64,000 nt of DNA from Vicinamibacterales bacterium (GTDB lineage Bacteria; Acidobacteriota; Vicinamibacteria; Vicinamibacterales; JAMQPK01), in assembly GCA_963732445.1 (NCBI GenBank), contig CAVSZJ010000008.1:337008-401007 (forward strand), given 5' to 3'. How positions within the stretch are numbered: the stretch's first letter is position 1; the number at the start of each line of letters is the position of its first letter. The notes beneath the pieces were generated by a model. That model was not told the origin of the DNA and searched no databases. It worked only from the letters and a program-made list of their open reading frames with translations. Shown one piece after another: positions 32,449-41,098 of the stretch. The translations under genes were made by a program, and so were the position numbers.

Positions 32449-33411
32449 TTACGTCAGAGTCGAGAGACCGGACGCTAGTGTGGGATAGGTGAGCTCCGGG
32501 ATGAGTTCGGTCCGCGCGCGGCGAGTGTCGCCCCAATGCGGGACGCGCCCCAGCCGCACGAAGTCGCGGGTAAGCGGTGAGGACGTATTGGCTGAGATTG
32601 CGAAGGCTTCGCACGCGCAGGCCGCCGCGTAGATCATCCAGAACGGCAGCCGTCGCGGCCTGGAACAGCCCCAGACCCGGCAGGCGGCGTCGAGAAATTC
32701 CTGGGCGGTCACGGGCTGCTCGTCGCCGACGTGATAAATGCCATGCACCCCGGGCTTGACGATGGCGGCTTCCGTCGCGCGCAGAAAATCCCTCGTCGAC
32801 AGCAGTTGGAAGAGCGTCGGCTCGCGCCAGACACATAAGAGGCGCCGCTCGGCGAGCCACCGGGCTGCCTCGACCATCAAGATACCGCACCCGTACACCG
32901 CGCCCAGCCGAAGGACGACCGGTGTGGTCGAGGTGTGCTTGGTTCGCCCGAGCAGCAAGCGCTCTTCCTCGAGCCGCGTTGCGGCGTGAACCGAGACGGG
33001 TGTGCGGTCGAGGCGCCCCGTCGCCGGCGCTTCTACCGACGTGGGTCCTTCGACGTGAGGAAATGACGCGAGGATAATCCGCCCGACGTTTGCATCGATA
33101 GCCGCCGTAACGAGATTCGAGAACCAGCGCGTGTTGGTCTCCGGCAGAAACGTTTCGGGCCGAGGGGCAAAGAGCCGGCCCGCGAAATGGACAATGACGT
33201 CGGCGCCCATCACGACGGCGGGCAGCGTTGAGGGATCGGCGAGATCGGCCTTCGCCGCGTGCACATTCGCCGCCGAGAGGAGATCGGCCGAGAGCGGCGT
33301 GCGGTGATACATGAGCCGCAGCTCGTGCCCGCGTGGAACCAGGTGCCGTGCGAGGAAGCCGCCGAGGTTTCCGGCAGCGCCGGTAATGAGGATGACGGGT
33401 CCGCTCGCCAT
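32449..33411 (-). CDS. NAD(P)-dependent epimerase/dehydratase-family (extended SDR) protein
   Basis: ORF 32449..33474(-). Start at ATG 33411 (MASGPVILITGAAGNLGGFLARHL, a GxxGxxG Rossmann motif). Confidence 0.75.
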   Translation of the reverse strand: MASGPVILITGAAGNLGGFLARHLVPRGHELRLMYHRTPLSADLLSAANVHAAKADLADPSTLPAVVMGADVIVHFAGRLFAPRPETFLPETNTRWFSNLVTAAIDANVGRIILASFPHVEGPTSVEAPATGRLDRTPVSVHAATRLEEERLLLGRTKHTSTTPVVLRLGAVYGCGILMVEAARWLAERRLLCVWREPTLFQLLSTRDFLRATEAAIVKPGVHGIYHVGDEQPVTAQEFLDAACRVWGCSRPRRLPFWMIYAAACACEAFAISANTSSPLTRDFVRLGRVPHWGDTRRARTELIPELTYPTLASGLSTLT

Positions 33412-33421
33412 CCGTACGCCC

Positions 33422-33688
33422 TCAGGCGAACCGCTCGCGCGCGCGCTCCTGCGCCTTTCGGGCTTCCTCTTCACGATTGCGCGGCGGCGCGCTGGTCGTG
33501 ATCGACGCGATCAGCCGCTCGGCAGCGGCGGTGACTTCCTCGACGGCGCTGTTGAACGCCGCTTCATTGGCCCGCGACGGCTTGTTCATCCCGCTGAGCT
33601 TGCGGACAAATTGGAGTGCCGAGGCGCGAATCTCGCCTCCGGTCGCGGGCGGCTCGAAGTTCGCCAGCGTCTTAATATTTCTGCACAT
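33422..33688 (-). CDS. DUF2277-like small protein
   Basis: ORF 33422..33688(-), 88 aa. MCRNIKTLANFEPPATGGEIRASALQFVRKLSG is the family N-terminus as I recall it. Confidence 0.55.
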   Translation of the reverse strand: MCRNIKTLANFEPPATGGEIRASALQFVRKLSGMNKPSRANEAAFNSAVEEVTAAAERLIASITTSAPPRNREEEARKAQERARERFA

Positions 33689-33750
33689 AGTTTTCAGAAT
33701 ACAACGGCTAGCCGCGCCAGGAAAACCACCTTGCTCCGGCTGTCATCTTC

Positions 33751-33815
33751 GTTCCGGGTTCCAGTTCCAGTTCCAGGCTCGAACCGGAACTCGGAACTGG
33801 AACGGGAACCGGAAC
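33751..33815. repeat. Long imperfect hairpin built from GTTCC(N)/GGAAC(N) hexa/heptamer repeats
   Basis: GTTCCGGGTTCCAGTTCCAGTTCCAGG ctcgaa CCGGAACTCGGAACTGGAACGGGAACCGGAAC. Starts 2 nt after the formamidase stop on the minus strand. No U-tract. Confidence 0.85.
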
Positions 33816-33816
33816 A

Positions 33817-34836
33817 TTAACGCTGCGGCGGCAGCTGTTTCTTCGGAATTCTCAATCCAACCGAGCCAGCGACGGTAACGATGTCATAGCGTCCCTGATA
33901 GCCGATGAGGAGATGGGCGGCCCAGGGCTCCATCTTGTAGTCGGACGTCAGCCAGTTCACCATGTCGCTCGTGGCCATCTGCAGGCCGCGGTTGGTCGAG
34001 CTCGCAAATTCAGGCTGACTGCCGACGCTGATGATGTGTTCGCTGGTCTCCACGCGGGGGCCGGTCAGGTTGGCTTTCTTCCGCAGCTCGACAGCGAATT
34101 CGACGGCCATTGACGTTTCGATACCCGTGCCGATCGGCTCGCCATCGCCCTGCAGGGCGTGGCCGTCGCCGATGAACAGCAGCGCGCCGGGGTGATAGAC
34201 GGGCAGCATCACCGTCGAGCCTTCACCAATCTCGTTGTAGTCGAGATTGCCGCCGTACGATCCCGACGGACTCGACGTCGGCGCAAAATCGCCCGCGGGC
34301 GCGACGCCGACGCATCCGAGCATGGGCTTTGCCGGGAACTCCATCCTGTGAACGGCGCTCGATGGCTCTCGGAGCCGCACCGTGTTGCCGGCAAGATCGA
34401 GATCCCATGGCACCACGTTCACCCGCTCGGAAATGATCTCACCCGGCTTGTAGCGGTTCGGATAGATGCCTTCGATCGACTCGGGTGTCAGGGAATAGAG
34501 TCCGAGCCTGTACGCGCTCCATCCCCAGTTGCGGTTCATCCTCACGCGCGAAAACCGCACCACGAGCGCATCGCCCGGCTCGGCGCCCTCGACATAAAAA
34601 GGCCCCGTCAGCGGATTTGGCGGCCGCGCGCGGACCGTGCCGGTTTCGTCGCGACCGCTCGCGTCGATCGTTTTCGTGACGATCGTCTCACCAGGCCGAA
34701 TGCGCGCGAGCGGAGCGTGTGCACGCGAGAACGTGTTGTGGTACGTCTCGGCAACGATCGGCTTCGATTGCGCGGAAAGGTTGTCCTGGTGCGTGCAGCA
34801 CAGTGTGGCCAAGGCAAGGATCTGAAGACGCTTCAT
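33817..34836 (-). CDS. Acetamidase/formamidase-family amidohydrolase, secreted
   Basis: ORF 33817..34836(-), 339 aa. Signal MKRLQILALATLCC. GPFYVEGAEPGDAL, GGNLDYNEIGEGSTVMLPVYHPGALLFIGDGHALQGDGE. Confidence 0.8.
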   Translation of the reverse strand: MKRLQILALATLCCTHQDNLSAQSKPIVAETYHNTFSRAHAPLARIRPGETIVTKTIDASGRDETGTVRARPPNPLTGPFYVEGAEPGDALVVRFSRVRMNRNWGWSAYRLGLYSLTPESIEGIYPNRYKPGEIISERVNVVPWDLDLAGNTVRLREPSSAVHRMEFPAKPMLGCVGVAPAGDFAPTSSPSGSYGGNLDYNEIGEGSTVMLPVYHPGALLFIGDGHALQGDGEPIGTGIETSMAVEFAVELRKKANLTGPRVETSEHIISVGSQPEFASSTNRGLQMATSDMVNWLTSDYKMEPWAAHLLIGYQGRYDIVTVAGSVGLRIPKKQLPPQR

Positions 34837-35405
34837 TCGACCTCCACCGGTTGTTTACCGCGCGGCCTTCCGATCTGAACGTCGAGCAACGCCCGCTGAA
34901 ACGACGTCGCGAACTCGCGCGCGCCAAAGCCTTCGATAACCTGGGTGTTCGCGAGCTTGTCGCCGAGCCGCTGCCCCTGCGGATCGCGCGGGACCGCGAT
35001 TGTTTCGAGTCCCGTCGCCACGACATTCAATCCTGGCACGACCAGGATGAAATTTCGCTGCGCCGACTGCAGGCGGCTGCACGGCCTGCCGGAAGCGAGA
35101 TCGATCACGCGGAGGCCGAACAGGAACTTGCCGACGCTTTGGCCGGGAATGAAGAGCGCGTCGCGCAGCAGCAGATACAGCGCTCCGATGGCGATGAAGA
35201 GCATCGAGTCCTGCGTTCCCGAGAGTACTGCGCACGTCAACAGGAGCAGGCCGTCCGCGACGGCCGCCGCCGCGCGTTTCCGCATATCCGCTTTCGGATA
35301 CGGCGACACGAACGCCTTCGGCTGCCGCATCAGCACGGGCAAATAGACGACGCCGAATGCCGCCGACAGCCCGCTGGCGAGAAGGAAGGCTGTGGTGGCC
35401 GTCAC
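34833..35405 (-). CDS. RDD-family membrane protein
   Basis: ORF 34833..35405(-), 190 aa. Three TM helices; GQSVGKFLFGLRVID is RDD-like. Stop/start ATGA overlaps on both sides. Confidence 0.6.
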   Translation of the reverse strand: MTATTAFLLASGLSAAFGVVYLPVLMRQPKAFVSPYPKADMRKRAAAAVADGLLLLTCAVLSGTQDSMLFIAIGALYLLLRDALFIPGQSVGKFLFGLRVIDLASGRPCSRLQSAQRNFILVVPGLNVVATGLETIAVPRDPQGQRLGDKLANTQVIEGFGAREFATSFQRALLDVQIGRPRGKQPVEVE

Positions 35406-36172
35406 TCTCGACTCGATTTCAGCGCTCGAGTGGCGATGAACGTAGGCATGTACTTATTCAGAGGGTTGGCATCGCCTCCGAGGTGCAGGTCCTCATACAT
35501 GCCGATGATCGAAAATCCTGCGGCAATCTGACCGGCGATTTGCGCTTCGAGCGTGTGACTGAACTCGAGAGGCTCATGCGGACCGCGAACCGTATCGGCA
35601 TAAGGCAGCGGGTGCGTCACTTCCAGGCGGCCGGTTCGCTCAGCCAGGTCGAGGTCGAATATATACATGGCGGGGTTCGTGAAGCCCGCGACGAGACAGC
35701 CTCCGGGTCGCAGCACGCGAAACGCCTCACGCCAGACGGGTAGGATGTCGGGCACAAAGCAATTCGAGACCGGATGCACAGCAAGATCGAATGCGGCGTC
35801 CGCGAACATATCCAGATTCGCCATGTCGCCCTGGACCGTTGTGATCGCCAGGCCATGTTGCTCGGCCATGCGCGCGTCGCGCTCGAGCTGATTGGGCGAG
35901 TTGTCGAGCACCGTGACCTGGGCACCGGCTGCGGCGAGGATAGGTCCCTGCTGCCCGCCGCCTGATGCCAGGCACAACACCTGCTTGCCCTCGACATTCA
36001 GCCACTCGCGCGGCACCGGTTTCGTCGGCGTCAGGACAATCTCCCACTGTCCCCGCCTTGCCGCGTCTATCTCTTCGGGCGACACCGGCAACGTCCACCG
36101 ATTGCCTTCGGCCGCCAGCGCATCCCATGCGATGCGATTGTGTTCTCGAATCTCCGGCTTCGTGCCGCTCAT
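35402..36172 (-). CDS. Class I SAM-dependent methyltransferase
   Basis: ORF 35402..36544(-), from ATG 36172 (MSGTKPEIREHN). VLCLASGGGQQGPILA (motif I), VTVLDNS, FDLAVHPVS, LRPGGCLV. Confidence 0.8.
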   Translation of the reverse strand: MSGTKPEIREHNRIAWDALAAEGNRWTLPVSPEEIDAARRGQWEIVLTPTKPVPREWLNVEGKQVLCLASGGGQQGPILAAAGAQVTVLDNSPNQLERDARMAEQHGLAITTVQGDMANLDMFADAAFDLAVHPVSNCFVPDILPVWREAFRVLRPGGCLVAGFTNPAMYIFDLDLAERTGRLEVTHPLPYADTVRGPHEPLEFSHTLEAQIAGQIAAGFSIIGMYEDLHLGGDANPLNKYMPTFIATRALKSSRE

Positions 36173-36609
36173 GAGGAGGCGAGCAATGCCGCGACCTGAT
36201 CGTAATCGTAGGTTGTTACCTCGAGCAGGTGCCCGTACGGATCGTCGAAATAGATGGAATATGCCTGGCGATGATCGACGACGGAAACTGCGCTCACCGG
36301 CTGATGCCGCGAGTCCTTCAAGGCGAGATCCGGCAGTCGTCGAATGAACTCCGCAAAACCGCCCCCGGTCACACGAAATGCAACACGGCGGAATGCCGAT
36401 GTGTGAGCGCTGGGCGCAGGCTGTCCCTCGAAGAGCGCCAGCTTCGTGCTGCCGCCGTCGCTGGAGATCATCAGCGGCCCACCATCGACCGCCCAGGGCT
36501 CGCACTCGGGCACGACCTGCAGCCCAAGCGTGCGCTCGTACCACCGCGCGGCTTCGTACCGGTCCGGCACGAACAGCTCAACGTGATCGATCTGCAGGAC
36601 TTTGAACAC
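36169..36609 (-). CDS. VOC-family (glyoxalase-fold) protein
   Basis: ORF 36169..36609(-), 146 aa. IDHVELFVPDRYEAARWYERTLGL ... YFDDPYGHLLEV. Confidence 0.7.
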   Translation of the reverse strand: MFKVLQIDHVELFVPDRYEAARWYERTLGLQVVPECEPWAVDGGPLMISSDGGSTKLALFEGQPAPSAHTSAFRRVAFRVTGGGFAEFIRRLPDLALKDSRHQPVSAVSVVDHRQAYSIYFDDPYGHLLEVTTYDYDQVAALLASS

Positions 36610-37507
36610 GGCGGAATTTCCCGAGAACGCGTTCCGTCAGCGTACTCCTCTTCGGGGAGAACTGACCGGCCGCGGCTCGAACGTACGGGCCGAACTGCCT
36701 CGCGGCAAAGGCAGCATAGCCTGTCTCTCGCATCTCGGCGAGAGTCTGGTTGTAGTGGTCCAGCAGCGCGGCCGCCACGATCTCGCCGGTGCGCGTCGCG
36801 CCGACGCGCGCCGATGCGTAGAACCAGCGCGCGTTTTCAGGCAGCGCACGAATGGACGACAGCGCCACCATAGACGACGTCTCGAAGACCGAACGATTCT
36901 GGCGCGCCGATTCGCTCTTCAGCTGCGCCCACATCGCACCTATCGTCTCTCCTGACGGAAGACTCGAGGGCTGGATGGTCCGCGCCTCCTTGCGTATGGC
37001 CTCCCATTCTGTTCGAAGCCCGGCGACGTCGAGGGGCGGGGTGTTGATGGTCGCCGCGAGCCGCGACGACGTACGCTCGAGCCCGTCCAACATCTGATCG
37101 ACGCTCGTGAACTGCGTGTCCTTCTCGAGGAGCCCCTGCTCCTTCAACGCATCTGCCATTTCCGGAATCAGCTGTCTGCCGGCACCGCAGACGTCGGCCA
37201 ATGCCGCGAGCACCCAAACCGGAGAAGCGCGGAACGCGACGACGCCGAGAATCTCGACAGCGTTGCCGGCGGTGCGTCGAGCGAGAAAATTGTCCGGGAG
37301 CGCGTCGCTCTTGCCGTAGACCCCTTCGACTTCTCCAACACGTTCGATGACGAAGCGCAGCGTCGCGTCCACGAGATTCTTGTAGAGCTGACTTCCCCGC
37401 ACCGCGTCGGGGAGCACGACCTCCCCGACTTCACGTGCCGCGCCAGCACCAAGGCCGAGCGTCGAGCGCACGATTCGCTCGGGCAGCGAGAGAAGGTAGG
37501 TCTTCAC
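36578..37507 (-). CDS. Conserved hypothetical protein (309 aa)
   Basis: ORF 36578..37507(-), uninterrupted, with coding-like composition. No family recognised. Translationally coupled to the neighbours. Confidence 0.5.
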   Translation of the reverse strand: MKTYLLSLPERIVRSTLGLGAGAAREVGEVVLPDAVRGSQLYKNLVDATLRFVIERVGEVEGVYGKSDALPDNFLARRTAGNAVEILGVVAFRASPVWVLAALADVCGAGRQLIPEMADALKEQGLLEKDTQFTSVDQMLDGLERTSSRLAATINTPPLDVAGLRTEWEAIRKEARTIQPSSLPSGETIGAMWAQLKSESARQNRSVFETSSMVALSSIRALPENARWFYASARVGATRTGEIVAAALLDHYNQTLAEMRETGYAAFAARQFGPYVRAAAGQFSPKRSTLTERVLGKFRRVQSPADRSR

Positions 37508-37743
37508 AGGGCCGTTATCTGCGCGTCGATGTAGTCGAGCGCCTGCTGCAGGGAGACGCGATGGCGATCGTCGCGCACGTTCTCGATGTCTCTCGCGACC
37601 TTGGCTCGCGACAACAGCAGGACTTGCCGGCGCGAATCGCGCTCGATCTCTTCAGGCGTGCGAACACGCTTCGGCCCGGCCTTGCGTTCCTCGGCCGCGG
37701 CAATTTGATCCTCGACGGCCTTGCTTTCCCATCCTCGAGCCAC
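37504..37743 (-). CDS. Small charged hypothetical protein (79 aa, MARGWESK.. type)
   Basis: ORF 37504..37743(-). ATGA overlap with the next gene. Predicted helical and highly charged. Confidence 0.5.
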   Translation of the reverse strand: MARGWESKAVEDQIAAAEERKAGPKRVRTPEEIERDSRRQVLLLSRAKVARDIENVRDDRHRVSLQQALDYIDAQITAL

Positions 37744-37759
37744 GATCGGAGTTTACTAA

Positions 37760-37850
<91 letters not shown>

Positions 37851-37870
37851 TGTCGGTCCATTCGACGCCT

Positions 37871-38356
37871 CTACTTCCAGGCGTCGATCACCTTGCGGTG
37901 CAGCGACGCGGGCCCCATCTCGAGCAATTCCATGTTGATGCCTCCCGGGCCCGACGCCAGGGCGATGCGAGTGCCGGTGCGCGGACTCAGGGATGGTGGC
38001 CTCACTTCGACGCCCCGTTGCCTCAGCTGCTCGACGGTGGCATCCAGATGCTCGACCTCGAGACCGAAATGCGGACAGCCGGCGGGGCGTTGAGGCGTCG
38101 CCTGCATTACCTCGACGAATGTGTCGCGATTGATCTGGAAGTAGGTGAGATAGGGCGACCCGTCCGCCTCCTTGAACGAGAAGGCTTCCTGGAACCCCAT
38201 CTGCTTGCCGTAAAACTCGGTGGCGCCTTTGTAGTCGGCCACGCTGATCGCCACGTGGTTGAGCCCGACGATCCGGCCCTGTTGCGCCAGACCCTGCTCG
38301 ATCGCCACGCCGACGAGAATTCCGGTGATGAATATCACTGGAGTCCACACTCGCAT
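37871..38356 (-). CDS. VOC-family (glyoxalase-fold) protein with N-terminal signal/anchor
   Basis: ORF 37871..38569(-), from ATG 38356 ([21 protein letters not shown]). [18 protein letters not shown] ... [10 protein letters not shown]. Confidence 0.7.
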   Translation of the reverse strand: MRVWTPVIFITGILVGVAIEQGLAQQGRIVGLNHVAISVADYKGATEFYGKQMGFQEAFSFKEADGSPYLTYFQINRDTFVEVMQATPQRPAGCPHFGLEVEHLDATVEQLRQRGVEVRPPSLSPRTGTRIALASGPGGINMELLEMGPASLHRKVIDAWK

Positions 38357-38381
38357 CGCGCTACCTCCGCTCTTCCGTGCG

Positions 38382-38921
38382 TTAACTGAATCGATGCTCC
38401 ACCACAGTCGTGCTGAACGTCTGCCCGCTGATATCCAGATACAACTCGCGCTCGGTGATCGACAGGGAGATTTTCTCTCGGCGCTGTAACACCGCGGCAA
38501 CGTCGTCGATAAAGCTGCTCCCGAACTCGAACACTGGGATCTCCGCCGCGCGGTACACCTGCTTCCCATTCAATCCGTCGAGGACCTTTGCGATGTTCCG
38601 GTGCGTGTACACGGCTGCCCGTCCAGCCAGCTTGCTTCCGCGATGCAGCCGCGTCGCGTCCGGCATGCCCACCTCGATCCAGGCCGTGACGCGGCCGGTC
38701 ATGTCTCGCACGAGCACGGCTGGATCGTCACCCGCCGCCACGCCCTCGGTGAACTCGATGCCCGCGCCGTACTCGAGGCAGTACGCCAGGAATCGCGTGA
38801 GCATGAATTCGGGAGTTTCCGACGGCTGTCGCGCAAGGCGCAGCGCAAGATTCTCGTAGACGCCGCGATCGATATCGGCAAGCTCGGTGTCGAAATTATA
38901 GAGGGTTGCGGTAAGGGCCAC
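38382..38921 (-). CDS. YaeQ-family protein
   Basis: ORF 38382..39062(-), from GTG 38921 (VALTATLYNFDTELADIDRGVYENLALRLARQPSETPEFMLTRFLAYCLEY, the YaeQ N-terminal pattern). Confidence 0.7.
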   Translation of the reverse strand: MALTATLYNFDTELADIDRGVYENLALRLARQPSETPEFMLTRFLAYCLEYGAGIEFTEGVAAGDDPAVLVRDMTGRVTAWIEVGMPDATRLHRGSKLAGRAAVYTHRNIAKVLDGLNGKQVYRAAEIPVFEFGSSFIDDVAAVLQRREKISLSITERELYLDISGQTFSTTVVEHRFS

Positions 38922-38947
38922 AGGTAGGTCGAGTATAGACTCGCTCG

Positions 38948-39697
38948 ATGACGGATCAAATCGATCTGGTCCGAGGCTGGATCTCCGCAGCGAGGCGCAT
39001 CGTCGCGTTGACCGGCGCCGGCATCTCGACCGAGTCCGGCGTTCCTGACTTCCGTGGCCCACAGGGAATCTGGACGAAGAATCCGAAAGCCGAACGGCTG
39101 TCGAATATTCACTACTACATGTCGGATCCAGAAGTACGCAAGCTCGCGTGGCAGCAGCGTCTGGATCATCCGGCCTGGCAGGCTGTGCCGAATGCCGGCC
39201 ATCGCGCGCTGGCCGATCTCGAACGGGCTGGACGCCTGCACGCGCTGATCACTCAGAACATCGACGGCCTGCACCAGAAGGCGGGGAACTCACCGGCCAG
39301 GGTCATCGAGGTGCACGGAACGGTGCGCGAGTACATGTGCATGACCTGCGGCAGCCGCGGACCTATGCAGGATGTGCTGGAACGCGTGCGTGCCGGCGAA
39401 GAAGACCCGCCCTGTAGACAATGCAACGGGATTCTGAAGAGTGCGACGATCTCGTTCGGCCAGGCCCTCGTGCCCGAGGTGATCGACCGGGCAATGCAGG
39501 CGGCCGGTGAAGCGGACGTATTGCTCGCCATCGGCAGCACGTTGCAGGTGTATCCAGTGGCCGGTGTTGTTCCGCGCGCAAAAGCTGCAGGCGCCCGCGT
39601 GGTGATCATCAATGCGGAGCCGACACAATTCGACGCGATGGCCGATGCGGTGATTCAGCAGCGGATCGGAGAAGTGCTGCCGGCGATTTGCTCCTAG
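38948..39697 (+). CDS. cobB: NAD-dependent protein deacylase (Sir2/CobB-type sirtuin)
   Basis: ORF 38948..39697(+), 249 aa. GAGISTESGVPDFRGPQGIW, TQNIDGLH, Zn ribbon CMTCG...CRQCNG, catalytic EVHG. Confidence 0.85.
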   Translation: MTDQIDLVRGWISAARRIVALTGAGISTESGVPDFRGPQGIWTKNPKAERLSNIHYYMSDPEVRKLAWQQRLDHPAWQAVPNAGHRALADLERAGRLHALITQNIDGLHQKAGNSPARVIEVHGTVREYMCMTCGSRGPMQDVLERVRAGEEDPPCRQCNGILKSATISFGQALVPEVIDRAMQAAGEADVLLAIGSTLQVYPVAGVVPRAKAAGARVVIINAEPTQFDAMADAVIQQRIGEVLPAICS

Positions 39698-39714
39698 TGG
39701 CGGGGTGTAGGAAA

Positions 39715-40590
39715 TCAAGGCGCCGGCGGCACACGGAAGCTTTGATTCAACATCGCCCCGAGCCGCAGCCCACCCAGCACGAGCCGTTCGTTGATGACGG
39801 AGATTTGTGCGCGAAAGTACGCGTCGTCGACAACGCTCTGTCGCGGCAGGAGCGCGCGTTTCGCGAGCACCTGCGACTCGATCGCCCAGTCTGCCGGCGT
39901 GCCGGCAGCCCGTGTGTTCAAACGCCCGCGGGTAATCTGCCCTGAAAGCTCGCCGTGATACTGGCGCTCGCTCAACTGTCGGTGCGCGATGAGCGACGTG
40001 TCCCAGACGCCATGGAGATTGCATGGAGACGACGTGCCATCCGAGCGCCTGCAGTCAGGTGACCCGAAGGCGACGACGGGAATGTCGTTGCCGCCGCGTG
40101 CAACCTCGAGGGCATGAAAGGGTTGATGCAAATCGCCGACGAAGTGAACGAGGAATTTGAGTGCCGTCGCCCTGTCAGCACGGTCGAGCGACGTGTCGGC
40201 CACGCGCCCCTCGTGGTAGAGGATTCGATCGACTACACAATCGCGCCAGCGATCGTTGCGACTGCCTGCGATCGCTCCCGGCTGCCGTGGACAGTCACGG
40301 TCGCGGTCATAAGCCGTCCCGTGACTGGGAATGTTGACGTAGTGCCACGGACCTGTCTGGCTGTTGTCCGAGACGTACTGGTCGGCCCACACCGCGATGT
40401 CTGGGAGACTCGAACCCGGAAGCAGCCACGCGACGTTCTGCCTCGCGACCGGCGTGAGCTGGTCTGCCGCGATAAGGGCGACCAGTCGATGCCCCAGCAC
40501 GCCCCATGCTTTCGGGGCCCCAAGGCCAACACTCACGACCATCACCAGCACTGCGCCGCCCAGGACTGATGGGCTATTTTTACTTTTCAC
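39715..40590 (-). CDS. S1/P1-family nuclease, secreted
   Basis: ORF 39715..40590(-), 291 aa. WGVLGHRLVALIA, GPWHYVNIP, LKFLVHFVGDLHQPFHA. The GTG start (40590) lies inside the heptad array. Confidence 0.8.
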   Translation of the reverse strand: MKSKNSPSVLGGAVLVMVVSVGLGAPKAWGVLGHRLVALIAADQLTPVARQNVAWLLPGSSLPDIAVWADQYVSDNSQTGPWHYVNIPSHGTAYDRDRDCPRQPGAIAGSRNDRWRDCVVDRILYHEGRVADTSLDRADRATALKFLVHFVGDLHQPFHALEVARGGNDIPVVAFGSPDCRRSDGTSSPCNLHGVWDTSLIAHRQLSERQYHGELSGQITRGRLNTRAAGTPADWAIESQVLAKRALLPRQSVVDDAYFRAQISVINERLVLGGLRLGAMLNQSFRVPPAP

Positions 40591-40618
40591 TTTTCACTTT
40601 CTACTTTCCACTTTCTAC
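40577..40618 (-). repeat. Heptanucleotide tandem array (6 units, GTAGAAA/GTGGAAA/GTGAAAA/GTAAAAA)
   Basis: AC recurs at 40582, 40589, 40596, 40603, 40610, 40617. Contains the TAG stop (40615-40617) of the upstream gene and the GTG start (40590) of the nuclease gene. Confidence 0.95.
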
Positions 40619-41031
40619 GTCCCACCGTCTCCCTCGCAGTTGATCTGCCATGGTATGCCGAATCGATCGACGAGCATGCCAAAACGCGCGGCCCAGAATG
40701 TTTTTTCGAGCGGCAGCACGACCCTGCCGTTGCTGGCCAATTCGTGGAAGGTACGCTCCGCGTCCGCCACGCTCTTGATTTGAATCGACAAGGTGAAGCC
40801 CTTGGGGGCCTCATAGCTTCCCGGCGCGACGTCGGCACCCATCAACTCCTGCTCGCCGACCGTCACACCACCATGCATCACCTTATCCTGCCAGTCGGCA
40901 GGGACTTGATCCGTCATCGATGAGCCGGCATATCGAGAGATCGCTCCGAGCCGCCCGCCGAAGCACCGCTCATAGTATTTAAACGCTTCTTCACATTGTC
41001 CGTTGAAGTAGAGATACGGATTGATCTGCAT
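40615..41031 (-). CDS. PhnB-like VOC-fold protein
   Basis: ORF 40615..41031(-), 138 aa. MQINPYLYFNGQCEEAFKYYERCFGG ... FWAARFGMLVDRFGIPWQIN. Confidence 0.75.
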   Translation of the reverse strand: MQINPYLYFNGQCEEAFKYYERCFGGRLGAISRYAGSSMTDQVPADWQDKVMHGGVTVGEQELMGADVAPGSYEAPKGFTLSIQIKSVADAERTFHELASNGRVVLPLEKTFWAARFGMLVDRFGIPWQINCEGDGGT

Positions 41032-41040
41032 GGTCTGTCC

Positions 41041-41091
<51 letters not shown>

Positions 41092-41098
41092 TGCCCCC

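Noticed and set aside
33751-33815. GTTCC-repeat hairpin, and the stem-loops at 25345-25393, as intrinsic terminators
   Set aside because: The stems are strong but no U-tract follows on the transcribed strand, so I list them as repeats or structures only.
38948-39697. Sir2-domain gene as part of an anti-phage system (Thoeris/DSR/SIR2-HerA type), given the adjacent YaeQ and S1/P1 nuclease genes
   Set aside because: It is a short canonical CobB-type sirtuin with a Zn ribbon and complete catalytic motifs. It has no fused or adjacent TIR, helicase or HerA partner. The neighbours are on separate transcription units.
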